Shown piece after piece: positions 37,851 through 48,306 of a DNA stretch of 64,000 bases. This DNA is from Sphaerobacteraceae bacterium (GTDB lineage: Bacteria > Chloroflexota > Chloroflexia > Thermomicrobiales > UBA6265), in NCBI GenBank assembly GCA_016781925.1, contig JADDPH010000051.1, positions 6,749-70,748 on the forward strand, in the 5' to 3' direction. Numbering within the stretch: position 1 is the first letter of the stretch; every line of letters starts with the position of its first letter. The notes under the pieces are model-generated. The model ran no database searches. It was not told the origin of the DNA and saw only the letters and a program-made list of their open reading frames with translations. The translations under genes and the position numbers were made by a program.

Positions 37851-39341
37851 TCAGTCGATGGTCACTGCCTGGCTTTCCAGGCGGTTGACGACCATCAGGC
37901 GGGGCTCGGTCATGTCCTCGATGGCGTACCGGATGCCCTCACGGCTGAGGCCGGATGCCTTCACGCCACCGTACGGCATGTGGTCGATGCGGTAGGTCGG
38001 GACATCGTTGACGATGACGCCGCCTGCCTCGACCTCCTCGAAGGCCACCAGCGCGTGCTCCAGGGAGTTGGTGAAGATCCCGGCCTGAAGACCGTAGACG
38101 GAGTCGTTGAGCGCTGTGACGCCGCGCCCGAACGACGGCACCTTGAAGATGGTCATGAGGGGCGCAAAGGCCTCCCGGGAGCAGACGAAGCTCTGCGGGG
38201 GGGCGTTCTCGATGACGGTTGGCTGGAAGAACCGTCCGTCGGCCTTGCCGCCGGTGAGCACGCGGGCGCCGTCCGCGGCGGCCTGCTCGACCCACTGCTC
38301 GCTGCGCCCTGCCGCCCGGTCGTCGATCATCGGGCCGAGTTCGGTGGCGCGGTCGAGGGGGTCGCCCATCTTCACGGCTTCGGCCCGGGCGACGAGCATG
38401 TCGCGGAAGCGGTCGTAGACGGCTTCGTGGATGAAGACCCGCTGGACGGAGATGCAGACCTGGCCGGCGTAGGCGAAGGCCCCGAAGGTGATCCGTGTCG
38501 CCGCAAACTCCAGGTCCGCGTCCTCGTCCACCACGACGCCGGCGTTGCCGCCCAATTCCAGGACCACCGGCTTCATGCCTGCGCGGCGCTTCATGTCCCA
38601 GCCGACGTCCGGGGAGCCGGTGAAGGAGAGCAGCTTGAACCGGTCGTCGGCGACCATGGCGTCACCGACCTCGCGATCCATCGGGAGGACGCTCAGAAAG
38701 CCGGCAGGCAGACCGGCGTCGTGGGCGATCTCCGCGAGGAGCAGCATGGTAAGCGGATCTTTGGAAGGGGGCTTGAGGACAATCGGGTTACCGGACGCAA
38801 TGGCGGGGGCGACCTTGTGCAGGGCCAGGTTGAGGGGGAAGTTGAAGGGGGAGATACCGGCTATGGGACCGATTGGAAAACGGCGCACCATCCCGAAGCG
38901 ACCCTTTGAAGAAGGAAGCAAGTCGAGTGGTATGACCTCTCCCTCAATCCGCTTCGCTTCCTCGGCCGCGGTCTCCAGGGTGAAGACGCCTCGGTTGACC
39001 TCGACCTCCGACTCCCGGACCGGTTTGCCTGCTTCCAGGCAGATCATCCGCACGGCCTCGTCGCGCCGCTCCCGAAGACCGGCCGCGATGGCTTTGAGGA
39101 AGGTGACGCGGTCGTAGGTGGGAAGCTTCCGGGTGACGGCAAAGGCCTTCTGGGCCGCGGTGATCGCCTGGTCCAGCTGGGCCTCCGAGGCCTGAAAGGT
39201 GGTGCCGATCAAACTGCCATCGTAGGGGTTGACGACATCGAGTGGGGTGTCCGACTCGACCCACTCGCCGGCCAGATACATCGGGTATCGGGTGCCCGTG
39301 ACCTCGCTGATCGGCCGCGATTCGGACGCCGCAGTTGCCAT
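37851..39341 (-). CDS. NAD(P)-dependent aldehyde dehydrogenase
   Basis: The sequence starts MATAASESRPISEVTGTRYPMYLAGEWV. It has ELGGN, the catalytic Cys in AGQVCISVQRV, and FTGSPDVG. The ATG at 39341 has GGGAGGAG upstream. The track ORF is over-extended by 102 codons. Confidence 0.9.
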   Translation of the reverse strand: MATAASESRPISEVTGTRYPMYLAGEWVESDTPLDVVNPYDGSLIGTTFQASEAQLDQAITAAQKAFAVTRKLPTYDRVTFLKAIAAGLRERRDEAVRMICLEAGKPVRESEVEVNRGVFTLETAAEEAKRIEGEVIPLDLLPSSKGRFGMVRRFPIGPIAGISPFNFPLNLALHKVAPAIASGNPIVLKPPSKDPLTMLLLAEIAHDAGLPAGFLSVLPMDREVGDAMVADDRFKLLSFTGSPDVGWDMKRRAGMKPVVLELGGNAGVVVDEDADLEFAATRITFGAFAYAGQVCISVQRVFIHEAVYDRFRDMLVARAEAVKMGDPLDRATELGPMIDDRAAGRSEQWVEQAAADGARVLTGGKADGRFFQPTVIENAPPQSFVCSREAFAPLMTIFKVPSFGRGVTALNDSVYGLQAGIFTNSLEHALVAFEEVEAGGVIVNDVPTYRIDHMPYGGVKASGLSREGIRYAIEDMTEPRLMVVNRLESQAVTID

Positions 39342-39504
39342 GGTCAACTCTCCTCCCGTAGGTGCGTCTTCCACGCGTGAGCCGGGAACACGGATTCGCC
39401 GCCGAGCGCAGCCGCGCCTCATCACCCAAACGCGGCGGCAGGGACCCGGGAGGGTCCCTGCCTCGCTGGAATCTCCATTATCGCACCGGCGGACGGTCGG
39501 CAAG

Positions 39505-40032
39505 TTAGCCGCGCTTGTACGGGCCCTCGTAGCCGACCGCCTTGTCGCGGAAGCGGTCGGAGAGGCCGTACTCCGGAGTGCGGCTGTCCGTGTTCTCTCC
39601 GAGGCCGGCCTCCCACCACACCGGTGACTGGGATCCAATGACGGCAAGTTCGGTCTTGGTGTAGATCAGGCCGTCCCGGTCGGTGACCGAGAGCTCGTAC
39701 TCCTTGCTCATCGTGATCGCGTCCACCGGGCAGACCTGGGCACACAGGCCGCAGAACATGCAGCGGCCGGAGCGGAGGATGAACTCGCCCAGTTCCCGGT
39801 CGCCTTCTTCCGACGGGAGAACGTGCATCTCCAGGCAGGAGGTCGGGCAGATGCGGGCACAGAGACCGCAGGCGACGCAGAGCGCTTCGCCCGTGTCAGG
39901 ATCGGAGCGGAGCGACGGCAGGCCGCGGAAGCGGTCAGCCATCGGTCGTTTCTCTTCGGGGTACTGGATCGTGACCGTCGGCTTGAAGAGCCGCCTGATC
40001 GTGACTCCAAACCCTTTGACTTCGTCAAACAT
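39505..40032 (-). CDS. NuoI-like 2x[4Fe-4S] ferredoxin subunit
   Basis: The N-terminus is MFDEVKGFGVTIRRLFKPTVTIQYPEEKRP, which is NuoI-like. It has two CxxCxxCxxxCP motifs (CVACGLCARICP, CMFCGLCAQVCP). Confidence 0.8.
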   Translation of the reverse strand: MFDEVKGFGVTIRRLFKPTVTIQYPEEKRPMADRFRGLPSLRSDPDTGEALCVACGLCARICPTSCLEMHVLPSEEGDRELGEFILRSGRCMFCGLCAQVCPVDAITMSKEYELSVTDRDGLIYTKTELAVIGSQSPVWWEAGLGENTDSRTPEYGLSDRFRDKAVGYEGPYKRG

Positions 40033-40080
40033 CGCGTCGTGCCTTTCTGGAGCCGCACGGGCGGCGACGGTTCTTAGTCC

Positions 40081-42519
40081 CTACGCCCCAACCGCGACCA
40101 GGCGCGGGTGGAGGACGGCCGAACCGTCGCCGTCTGCCACCAAGATCGGCGTGCCTGAGGCGGCAAACGACGGGACGGGCGCGTTCAATCCGTTCCGTTC
40201 CAAACGGGCGTACGTCACGCCGCCGTAGGTCGGGACGAGGCGAGAGATCTCGGTCATGACGTGGGACGGGTGCTTGTGGTCCAGGTTGTAGCCCAGCCGC
40301 TTCGACAGGAGCTGAACGATCTCGAAGGTCGACTTGGCCTCGCCCATCGCCGGGATCGCGGCCCGAAGGCGCTGAACCGTCCGATCGAAGTTGGTGAAGG
40401 TGCCGTCCTTCTCCAACCACATCGCCAGCGGCAGCGTGACGTGGGCCAGCTTCGCGAGCGGCGAGTCGTAGAAGTCGGCGACGACCAGGAACTGAAGGTT
40501 TGGCAGCGCGGCCATCAGGCGCGGATCCACCGGTTCGTGCCGGCCCAGGATCGTGCCTTCGATGTACATCGCGGTGATCTCGCCCCGCTCGATAGCGCCG
40601 GCAATCTCCCCGGCGGCGCGGCCCGGGCCGAGCGGCAAGGAGCGAACCGGCAGGAAGCCGTTGCTGGTGGTGGCCCGGTCGCCCCAGCGCGGCAGCCAGG
40701 CCGCCTCGAACTTACGGCGGAGCTCGACGTCCTCGACGCTGCCCCCACCGGGGAAGAAGGCAGGAGTCGCGCCCATATCGGTCGCGCCCTGATAGTTGGC
40801 CGGACCACGAAGTGCAGCCACCCCGCCGCCGGCGCGACCAAGGTTGCCGGTCAGGATCGCGAGGTTGGCGCAGGTGGCCGCGATCGCGGCCGGCTCGCCG
40901 TCCGCGTCGGAGACGCCCGCTTCGCCCTGGTGGGCGGCCGTCTGCCAGATCAGCGCCGGAGGGTACCCCTGCTCCGGCCGCTCGGTCGCGGTACCGGCGC
41001 CACCGGTCGCGTAGATGATCGCTGCCTCCCGGATCAGATCCTCTGAGATTCCGGTCTCTTGGGCCACCCGGGCGCCGTCGTATTGCCCGAGGGTTGCCTG
41101 CCAAGCGGCGAAGCCGGGGTCTGCCGCGATGTCCGGGGCCGCCAGTCCGAGGGCAACGATCTGGTGGGCAATCCCGTTGAGCAGGGCCGGGGTCGTGCCC
41201 GGGTTCGGCTTCAGCCAGAGATCGCCCCGGTGGCAAAGCGGGTAATCGTCCTGGCTGATGACGACCATCTTGGCTTCGCGGTAGAGGCGGGCGTGATAGA
41301 ACCAGTAGGAGGCGACCGGCTCGGTCTTGCCGAGGTCGGGTCCAACCACCATTGCTGCCTTCACGTCCGTGAGCATCTCCTGCATGTTGTTGGTGTTGGA
41401 GACATCACGCCCGAGGGAGGCGCGCACGCCGCGCTCGACGGCGGCCTGGTTGGGCGTCAGGTGGCGGTCAATGTTGGGGCTGGCCATGACCGAGCGCGTG
41501 AACTGCTGGAGGAGGTAAACCTCTTCGTTGGTGGCATCCGGGGAGGCGAGCGCGGCGAAGCGCTCGCCCTGGTGATGGGCGAGGGTTTCAGCGACGGTGT
41601 CGACGGCCTCCTCCCAGGAGACCTCGTAGACCATGCCCGTATCGTCCCGAAGGCGCGGGTAGAGGAGCCGGTCCGGGTGCTGGACCTGCTCGTAGCCCCA
41701 CCGGCCCCGCTCACAGGTGTAGCCATGGTTGACGCCCCGCTCCCAGAGGTGGGTGACGCGGCGGACCAGGGTCTTGTTGGTCTCGATGTTGAGCGAGCAG
41801 CCGACGTCACAGAATCCGCAGATCGTCTCGGTGGCGTCCAGCTCCCACGGGTGATGGCCGAAGTGCCGGTCCGTGAGGGCGCCCACCGGACAGACAGCGA
41901 TGCACATGCCGCAGTTGGTGCAGGTGGTCTCGCTGAGATCCTGGCCGAAGGCGGGAGCGATGCTGGCTTCGAGGCTGCGACTCGTGGACTCGATCGCGAT
42001 GACGCCGATCATCTCGTCGCAGACGCGGGTGCACCGGTTGCACATGATGCACCGGTCCCACTTGTAGTCGATGGTCTCGCTGAAGTGCTCGTAGGGGTGG
42101 GCGAGCTTCGGGCGGCGATAGGGGTTCGCGTTGATGTTGTGGAGGTAGGTGTTCTCCTGGAGATAGCACTCGCCGGACTTGTCGCAGGTTGGGCAGTCCA
42201 GCGCGTGGTCGATGAGGTACATCTGAAGGATGTACTGGCGGGCCTGGATGACCTCGGGCGAGTGGGTGAGCACCTCCATGCCCTCGGCAAGCGGGGTGGC
42301 ACAGGACTCGATGAGCCCCCCGCGCTTGCCGAGGATCTGAACCGTGCAGATGCGGCAGGAGCCCCAGGGGCGGAGCATGGGCTGGTAGCAGAGGTTCGGC
42401 ACCTCAATGCCACTCATCCGCGCCGCTTCGAGGATGAACGTTCCGGCCGGAACGGTCACCTCCTGCCCATTGATCTTGCCCGTGACCATCTTCTGTTCGG
42501 TGCGGGCGCTGGTCACCAT
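40081..42519 (-). CDS. NuoG-like / molybdopterin-oxidoreductase-family Fe-S subunit (812 aa)
   Basis: The N-terminal 2Fe-2S region is CYQPMLRPWGSCRICTV. Further clusters are HALDCPTCDKSGEC, CIMCNRCTRVC and CTNCGMCIAVCPVGAL. A CGFCDVGC cluster and a molybdopterin-type domain follow. An alternative start is at 42489. Confidence 0.8.
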   Translation of the reverse strand: MVTSARTEQKMVTGKINGQEVTVPAGTFILEAARMSGIEVPNLCYQPMLRPWGSCRICTVQILGKRGGLIESCATPLAEGMEVLTHSPEVIQARQYILQMYLIDHALDCPTCDKSGECYLQENTYLHNINANPYRRPKLAHPYEHFSETIDYKWDRCIMCNRCTRVCDEMIGVIAIESTSRSLEASIAPAFGQDLSETTCTNCGMCIAVCPVGALTDRHFGHHPWELDATETICGFCDVGCSLNIETNKTLVRRVTHLWERGVNHGYTCERGRWGYEQVQHPDRLLYPRLRDDTGMVYEVSWEEAVDTVAETLAHHQGERFAALASPDATNEEVYLLQQFTRSVMASPNIDRHLTPNQAAVERGVRASLGRDVSNTNNMQEMLTDVKAAMVVGPDLGKTEPVASYWFYHARLYREAKMVVISQDDYPLCHRGDLWLKPNPGTTPALLNGIAHQIVALGLAAPDIAADPGFAAWQATLGQYDGARVAQETGISEDLIREAAIIYATGGAGTATERPEQGYPPALIWQTAAHQGEAGVSDADGEPAAIAATCANLAILTGNLGRAGGGVAALRGPANYQGATDMGATPAFFPGGGSVEDVELRRKFEAAWLPRWGDRATTSNGFLPVRSLPLGPGRAAGEIAGAIERGEITAMYIEGTILGRHEPVDPRLMAALPNLQFLVVADFYDSPLAKLAHVTLPLAMWLEKDGTFTNFDRTVQRLRAAIPAMGEAKSTFEIVQLLSKRLGYNLDHKHPSHVMTEISRLVPTYGGVTYARLERNGLNAPVPSFAASGTPILVADGDGSAVLHPRLVAVGA

Positions 42520-42822
42520 CGTTGCGTGCTTGCCTCCCTCGCGGGCCTTTTGGCGGAGCCGGCAGATAAGACTGCCAGCCCGTGCCCAGCGAGCATGTCC
42601 GTGCGATGTCGCGTGAGGGTGGATATCGAGCCGCGTTCAGCCTGCCGAGTCCGTGAAACTCGGCACAATCTTCACGCTGAATTCTAGCATAGGTGCGCGG
42701 CCCGACCGCTTGTTTTCGCGACGGTGGGGAAGGGCTGCCATGCTATAATCCGCCGGTTTCCGAAAGCGGATCGAGAAGGCGGGGCGGCTGATGTTGCGCC
42801 GCGGATTGGAGGCGACTGAGCG

Positions 42823-44292
42823 GTGTCGGCGCGGGAAGTAGATCGGTTCGAGACGGTGATCGGGCTGGAGGTTCACGCTCAGCTGCTGACGCGCAGCAAG
42901 ATGTACTGTGGCTGCTCCGCCGAGTACACCGGCGCCCCGCCCAACACCGCGATCTGCCCCGTCTGCCTCGGTCTGCCAGGGGCGCTGCCGGTACTCAACC
43001 AGGCTGCGGTCCAGTCCGCGCTTTTGACGGGGCTTGCCCTCAATAGCGAGGTTCCGGCCTACAACAAGCTGGATCGCAAAAACTACGTGTACCCCGACCT
43101 CCCCAAGGGCTACCAGATCTCCCAGTATGACCTTCCGCTATGCGTCGGGGGCCGGCTGACGTTCGAGTCGGAGGGTGTCCCGCGGACGGTGGGTATCACC
43201 CGCGTCCATGTCGAAGAGGACACCGGGCGCCTGGTGCACCGCCAAGGGGAGCAGGGCGAAGAGATCTCGCTGGTGGACCTCAACCGCTCCGGTGTCCCGT
43301 TGATGGAGATCGTCGGCGAGCCGGACCTGCGCTCTCCGGAGGAGGCCCGAGATTACCTCATCGCGCTGCGCCAGATCCTCCGCTACATCGGGGCGTCCAC
43401 GGGCAACATGGAGGAGGGCGCGTTCCGCTGCGACGCTAATATCTCCACCCGTGCCACCGACGGCTCGCTCGTCGGAGCGAAGGTCGAGGTCAAGAACATG
43501 AACTCGTTCCGGGCTGTGGAGCGGGCGCTGCGCTACGAGGAGCAGAGGCAGCGGGAGGTCCTGGCCACGGGCGGCACAATCCCTCAGGAGACCCGCGGTT
43601 GGGTGGAGGACCGGGGCGTCACCGTCTCCCAGCGTACCAAGGAGCAGGCCCACGACTACCGGTACTTCCCGGAGCCGGACCTGCCGCCGCTTGCAGTAAC
43701 GGACGAGATGGTTGAGCCGCTTCGTAGGGGATTGCCAGAGTTGCCGCTGGCGCGCCGGGATCGGTTCGTCGAGGCGTTCGGTCTCCCCCCGGAGGACGCG
43801 GCGCTGTTGACAGGTGAACGGGAAATCGCCGACCTGTTCGAGCAGGTCGTGGGGGCGAATCCAGGAACAGCCGCGGCGCGGCGGGCGGCAAACTGGATTG
43901 TGAACGACCTGATGGGGTTGCAGCGCCAGCGCGGACTGCCGCCGGAGACCCTGCCGCTCTCCGCCGTCCAGGTCCGAGATCTCATTGATGCCGTCGAGGC
44001 TGGTGAGATCACCGGGCGCGCGGCAAAGGAACTGCTGCCCCAGATCGGATCACACGAGCTGCCGCGGGACGCGGCGGCGCGGCTTAACCTGTTGAGCTTG
44101 AATGACGCAGACACCGTGCGGGCCGCTGTGGACGAAACACTCGCTGCCTTCCCGGAGGCGGTCGCGGATTACCGGGGCGGAAAGAAAGCGGCGATTGGAC
44201 GCCTGATCGGGGAGACGATCAAGCGGACCGGCGGGCGGGCGCGTCCCGATGAGGTCCGGGCTCGGCTGGAGCAGGTGTTAGCTGAGGCGTAG
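42823..44292 (+). CDS. gatB: Asp/Glu-tRNA(Asn/Gln) amidotransferase subunit B
   Basis: The sequence includes [23 protein letters not shown]...[10 protein letters not shown]...[10 protein letters not shown]...[11 protein letters not shown]. The GTG start has GGAGG 10 nt upstream. A TATAAT lies at 42744-42749. Confidence 0.93.
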   Translation: MSAREVDRFETVIGLEVHAQLLTRSKMYCGCSAEYTGAPPNTAICPVCLGLPGALPVLNQAAVQSALLTGLALNSEVPAYNKLDRKNYVYPDLPKGYQISQYDLPLCVGGRLTFESEGVPRTVGITRVHVEEDTGRLVHRQGEQGEEISLVDLNRSGVPLMEIVGEPDLRSPEEARDYLIALRQILRYIGASTGNMEEGAFRCDANISTRATDGSLVGAKVEVKNMNSFRAVERALRYEEQRQREVLATGGTIPQETRGWVEDRGVTVSQRTKEQAHDYRYFPEPDLPPLAVTDEMVEPLRRGLPELPLARRDRFVEAFGLPPEDAALLTGEREIADLFEQVVGANPGTAAARRAANWIVNDLMGLQRQRGLPPETLPLSAVQVRDLIDAVEAGEITGRAAKELLPQIGSHELPRDAAARLNLLSLNDADTVRAAVDETLAAFPEAVADYRGGKKAAIGRLIGETIKRTGGRARPDEVRARLEQVLAEA

Positions 44293-44360
44293 GCAGAGGT
44301 CATCTGAAACTGTACTCTTGGTACGAACTCTGCGCTCTCTCCTTAGGGCCGATCGTACAA

Positions 44361-45674
44361 ATGGAGGTAAGCAAGAAGATGGTCGTCGATGTCGACGTTC
44401 GAGCGCAACGAAGCGCCGCGACTGATCGCGCCGCGGAGGACCTCTTTGAGGTTGCCGTCGAGCAATTCCACATCGCCGCCGATGTCCTTGGTCTCGAGGA
44501 CAGCATGCGGCGCATTCTCAGCCATTGCCAATCCGAGCTGACGGTTCATTTTCCGGTGGAGATGGATGACGGCTCGGTGCAGGTTTTCACCGGCCACCGG
44601 GTTCGGCACAACGATGGTCCGGGACCTACCAAGGGCGGCATTCGATATCACCAGAGCGTAACGGTCTCCGAGGTCCAGGCCCTGGCCATGTGGATGACCT
44701 GGAAGTGCGCGGTGGTTGGGCTGCCGTTCGGCGGTGCTAAGGGAGGGGTGCGGGTTAATCCGAAGCTGCTCTCCCAAAACGAACTGCAAAATCTAACTCG
44801 CCGCTACACCGCCTCCATCTCGAGCATGATCGGTCCCAATCAGGACATCCCCGCCCCGGACGTGAACACCAACCCGCAGATCATGGCCTGGTTGATGGAC
44901 ACCTACTCGATGCAGGTCGGCTACTCCGTGCCTGGCGTGACCACGGGCAAGCCGCTTGTGCTGGGCGGTTCGGAGGGACGCAACGAGGCGACCGGCCGGG
45001 GCTGCGTGTTCGCGATTCAGGAGGCGTCCCGGGTCCTGGACATGGACCTGACCCGCTCCCGCACCGTGGTGCAGGGGTTCGGCAATGCCGGCTCCGTGGC
45101 GGCGCGGCTGATGGACGATCTCGGTTCGCCAGTAATTGGGGTGAGCGACTCGTCCGGTGGGGTCTACAACCCGGCGGGGCTCGATCTCGTGGCGCTCTCT
45201 CGTCACAAGCAGCGGACCGGCAGCGTGACCGGTTTCCGGGAGGCTCAGGACATCACCAACGAGGAACTGTTGTTGCTCGACTGCGACATCCTGATCCCCG
45301 CCGCGATGGAAGGGCAGATCCACGCTGACAATGCCGGAGAGATCAAGGCGCGTCTCATTGCTGAGGCCGCCAATGGCCCCACGTCACCGGAGGCTGATAG
45401 CGTCCTCTACGACCGCGGCGTGGTCGTGCTCCCAGATATCTTCGCCAACGCCGGCGGCGTGACTGTCTCCTACTTTGAGTGGGTGCAGGCGCTGCAGGCG
45501 TTCCCGTGGACCGAGGCTGAGGTGAACGAGCGGCTCCAACGAATCATGGCCCGATCGTTCCAGGCGGTGTACGAAACAGCGCAGAAGCACCAGGTGCACA
45601 TGCGAACGGCGGCACTCGTGCGCGGAATCGCCCGCGTGGCGGAGTTCACCCGGCTAAGGGGCATCTACCCATAG
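44361..45674 (+). CDS. gdh: Glutamate dehydrogenase (Glu/Leu/Phe/Val dehydrogenase family)
   Basis: It has KGGIRYH, GLPFGGAKGG, and the Rossmann motif VQGFGNAGS. Confidence 0.9.
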   Translation: MEVSKKMVVDVDVRAQRSAATDRAAEDLFEVAVEQFHIAADVLGLEDSMRRILSHCQSELTVHFPVEMDDGSVQVFTGHRVRHNDGPGPTKGGIRYHQSVTVSEVQALAMWMTWKCAVVGLPFGGAKGGVRVNPKLLSQNELQNLTRRYTASISSMIGPNQDIPAPDVNTNPQIMAWLMDTYSMQVGYSVPGVTTGKPLVLGGSEGRNEATGRGCVFAIQEASRVLDMDLTRSRTVVQGFGNAGSVAARLMDDLGSPVIGVSDSSGGVYNPAGLDLVALSRHKQRTGSVTGFREAQDITNEELLLLDCDILIPAAMEGQIHADNAGEIKARLIAEAANGPTSPEADSVLYDRGVVVLPDIFANAGGVTVSYFEWVQALQAFPWTEAEVNERLQRIMARSFQAVYETAQKHQVHMRTAALVRGIARVAEFTRLRGIYP

Positions 45675-45889
45675 GGCTTGGGAGCAGAGGGTAGGTCCGC
45701 GGGGAGCTTCGCCTTGGTCCGGGTGAGATCTAATCCGGCGGATTGCCGCTTATAACGAAAGACTTGAGAACAGCCCTACGGCGATTGAGGGGCGGGCGCA
45801 CGGTGAGCGTGTGCTCGCCTCTTCTGGTTGTCTTGGTTGGCCGGAGCTACGACGGCAAGGAAAGCGGATCGCGGTGCCGGGCTGTCGTG

Positions 45890-46558
45890 CTACGTGGCGA
45901 CGAAGCACCCAAGAAGACGGCGCAGCTCGTCCTCTTGCTCCCGGTGGGTGAGAGCGATGATGTCGTCTCCCGGCAGGATCTGGGTGGCGGGTGTCGGGAC
46001 GATCAACTCTGGACCGCGGGCAATCGCCGCAATCACGCAGTCGACGGGGAGTTGGACTTCCGCGATGGTCCGGTTCGTGACGGGCGAACCCTCCCCGATC
46101 TTTGCCTCGATGATGGCCAGATCCGCGTGGCGCAGGCTCAGTAGGTGAAGAAACGAGCGCTCGGGAATGGATTGCTCAATCAAATTGAGGATGTAGTTGG
46201 TCTGGCTCACGGTCACGTCGATCCCGAGCAGCCGGAAGAGTTGCTCGTTCTTCGGGTTGTTAACCCGGGCGATGGTGCGGCCAACGTGAAATTTTTGACG
46301 GGCCGACTGGCAGACGACGAGGTTGTCCTCGTCCTCCCCGGTGACCGCGATGACCACATCGGCGCGGGCCGCACCCGCTGCCGCAAGGGTCGCCGCCTCA
46401 GCCCCATCTCCAGCGACAACGACCGCGCCAAATCGTTCGGCAAAGGTCGATACTTTTTCGGGGTTGCGCTCGATAAGCAACACCTCATGACCTTCGTTCA
46501 GGAGGGTCTTGGTCAAGTAATAACCGACCTTCCCGCCGCCAACAACAATGATGTACAT
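45890..46558 (-). CDS. trkA: TrkA-type K+ transport regulatory protein (RCK N + C domains)
   Basis: It starts MYIIVVGGGKVGYYLTKTL and has a TrkA-C-like C-terminus. Confidence 0.85.
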   Translation of the reverse strand: MYIIVVGGGKVGYYLTKTLLNEGHEVLLIERNPEKVSTFAERFGAVVVAGDGAEAATLAAAGAARADVVIAVTGEDEDNLVVCQSARQKFHVGRTIARVNNPKNEQLFRLLGIDVTVSQTNYILNLIEQSIPERSFLHLLSLRHADLAIIEAKIGEGSPVTNRTIAEVQLPVDCVIAAIARGPELIVPTPATQILPGDDIIALTHREQEDELRRLLGCFVAT

Positions 46559-46560
46559 GG

Positions 46561-46995
46561 TTAGGCCTCCCGACCGCGCGCGCCCAACAGATCGCCGGCG
46601 CCAATCACGTGGTCCAGGATGAGGGCAGAAACGGTAGTGGTGGGACAGACGGTGGTGAGACCGAGGCGCCGGTACGTGTCTTCCCTCACCGGGTCGTAGA
46701 TGCGACAGATCACCTCTGGTACCTCAAACATGAGGCGTGCCACCTGGGCCGCCATAATGTTCCGGTTGTCGCCGTTCGTCACCGCGACGAACGCGGAGGC
46801 GTCCTCGATGCCCGCGGCTCGGAGCACGTCTTCGTCGATCCCGGTCCCGATCACGGTATTCCCGCGGAAGTCATTCGGCAGTCGCCGGAAAGCGCGGGCG
46901 TCGATATCGACGACGGCCACGTCGTGCCCGTTATGATCGAGGATTGAGGCGATGCGTGCTCCCACGCGCCCACAGCCCATGATCACGACCTTCAT
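46561..46995 (-). CDS. TrkA-N (RCK) domain protein
   Basis: It starts MKVVIMGCGRVGARIASIL. The ATG at 46995 forms an ATGA overlap with the usp stop. Confidence 0.8.
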   Translation of the reverse strand: MKVVIMGCGRVGARIASILDHNGHDVAVVDIDARAFRRLPNDFRGNTVIGTGIDEDVLRAAGIEDASAFVAVTNGDNRNIMAAQVARLMFEVPEVICRIYDPVREDTYRRLGLTTVCPTTTVSALILDHVIGAGDLLGARGREA

Positions 46996-47462
46996 CGTTG
47001 CTCCTCGGCTCCGTGGGATGCGCCCGGTGCTTGCCGCAGCAGCAAGACCTCGCATGGAGCGTTTTTGAGAATGTAACCGGCAGTCTCTCCCATGGTCGTC
47101 CGGCCGTGACGGTGGTGGTTCACCGCCGCCATGATGATGGCGTCGGCACCCCGCTCAATCGCTTCGTCAACGATCGCGGCACCTGCGGATCGGGCTTGGA
47201 GGAGTTCCGTGGAGACGCGCTCAAGCTTATGCCCCAGGCCGTGCCGCGCCGTATGCTCGGCCTGCCGCAGAACGGCCTCGCCCTTGTTGATCTCCACCGG
47301 AAGCTCCGCGTCAAGGGGCATGGACTGGAGAACCTCGACGACATAGATCAAGGTGATGGTCACGGGGTGACGGTGGACTAACTGCCCGACGACCTCCAGC
47401 ACCCGCGCGTCGCTTGGGACGCCCTTGACCGGCACCACAATCCGCTGGTAGTGACCGATCAT
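46992..47462 (-). CDS. Universal stress protein (UspA family)
   Basis: It has a Usp fold signature at the C-terminus (DAIIMAAVNHHRHGRTTMGETAGYILKNAPCEVLLL). Confidence 0.8.
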   Translation of the reverse strand: MIGHYQRIVVPVKGVPSDARVLEVVGQLVHRHPVTITLIYVVEVLQSMPLDAELPVEINKGEAVLRQAEHTARHGLGHKLERVSTELLQARSAGAAIVDEAIERGADAIIMAAVNHHRHGRTTMGETAGYILKNAPCEVLLLRQAPGASHGAEEQR

Positions 47463-47574
47463 GAGTTCTTTCGATGCTCCTCGAATGACGGAAGAAGTCG
47501 CGGTCGGGGATCACGCGCAAGTATGGATGGGTCAATAGCGACGGTGCAATGCTCGTGCCCGCAGTCGGCCCGCC

Positions 47575-48306
47575 TCATGTACCGTAGGCCAGACGATGGC
47601 TGAGGATCTCGGGCAGGCCTGCCTGCGCCATTTGATGCTGGGTCACCCGAATGTCGTACTCGACCCGGTGGGCCGTGATAGTTCCTCGACCGGTGTCGAG
47701 GATGGCGTAGGCGGCGCGGGGGTCTCGATCTCGCGGCTGTCCGACGCTGCCGGGGTTGACCATGAAACGAGCTCGGGACAGGTCTAGCATCTCGCCATCC
47801 CGGAACCGCTGCGCCTCGGCCACCGCCTGACCCTGTGGAAGCTCTGCGAACATGGCGACGTGGGTGTGGCCGATCAGGCACACATTCGTATTGAAGTGCG
47901 CGAAGTTTTCGGTCGCTACGGCCGCACTGGTGACGTACTCCCAGACGGGGGCGCGGGGACTGCCGTGGGCAAGGGTATAGCCATTGGCGGTCGTCATCGG
48001 TGGCAAGGCGGTGAGATACGTGGTGTGCTCATGGCTGAGTTGATTAGCTGTCCATTGGGCCGCTGCCCGGGCAACGGGATTGAACTCGGCAAGATTGAGC
48101 GAGCCGAGGCAGGCAAGGTCGTGGTTGCCCACGAGCGCAGGATGTGCCTCTCGGTCCATCATCACGTCCAGACATTCCCGGGGCCGAGGTCCGTAGCCGA
48201 CGGTGTCGCCGAGGTTCCAGAGGGCATCGACGGTCCCGGCGTCTTCCAACACGGCGTCAAGCGCGACCAGATTGGCGTGGACATCAGTAAGAATCAGGAC
48301 CTTCAC
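47575..48306 (-). CDS. Calcineurin-like metallophosphoesterase
   Basis: Motifs are DVHAN, GDTVGYG, GNHD and GHTH. Its start overlaps the mnmG stop by 4 nt. Confidence 0.85.
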   Translation of the reverse strand: MKVLILTDVHANLVALDAVLEDAGTVDALWNLGDTVGYGPRPRECLDVMMDREAHPALVGNHDLACLGSLNLAEFNPVARAAAQWTANQLSHEHTTYLTALPPMTTANGYTLAHGSPRAPVWEYVTSAAVATENFAHFNTNVCLIGHTHVAMFAELPQGQAVAEAQRFRDGEMLDLSRARFMVNPGSVGQPRDRDPRAAYAILDTGRGTITAHRVEYDIRVTQHQMAQAGLPEILSHRLAYGT

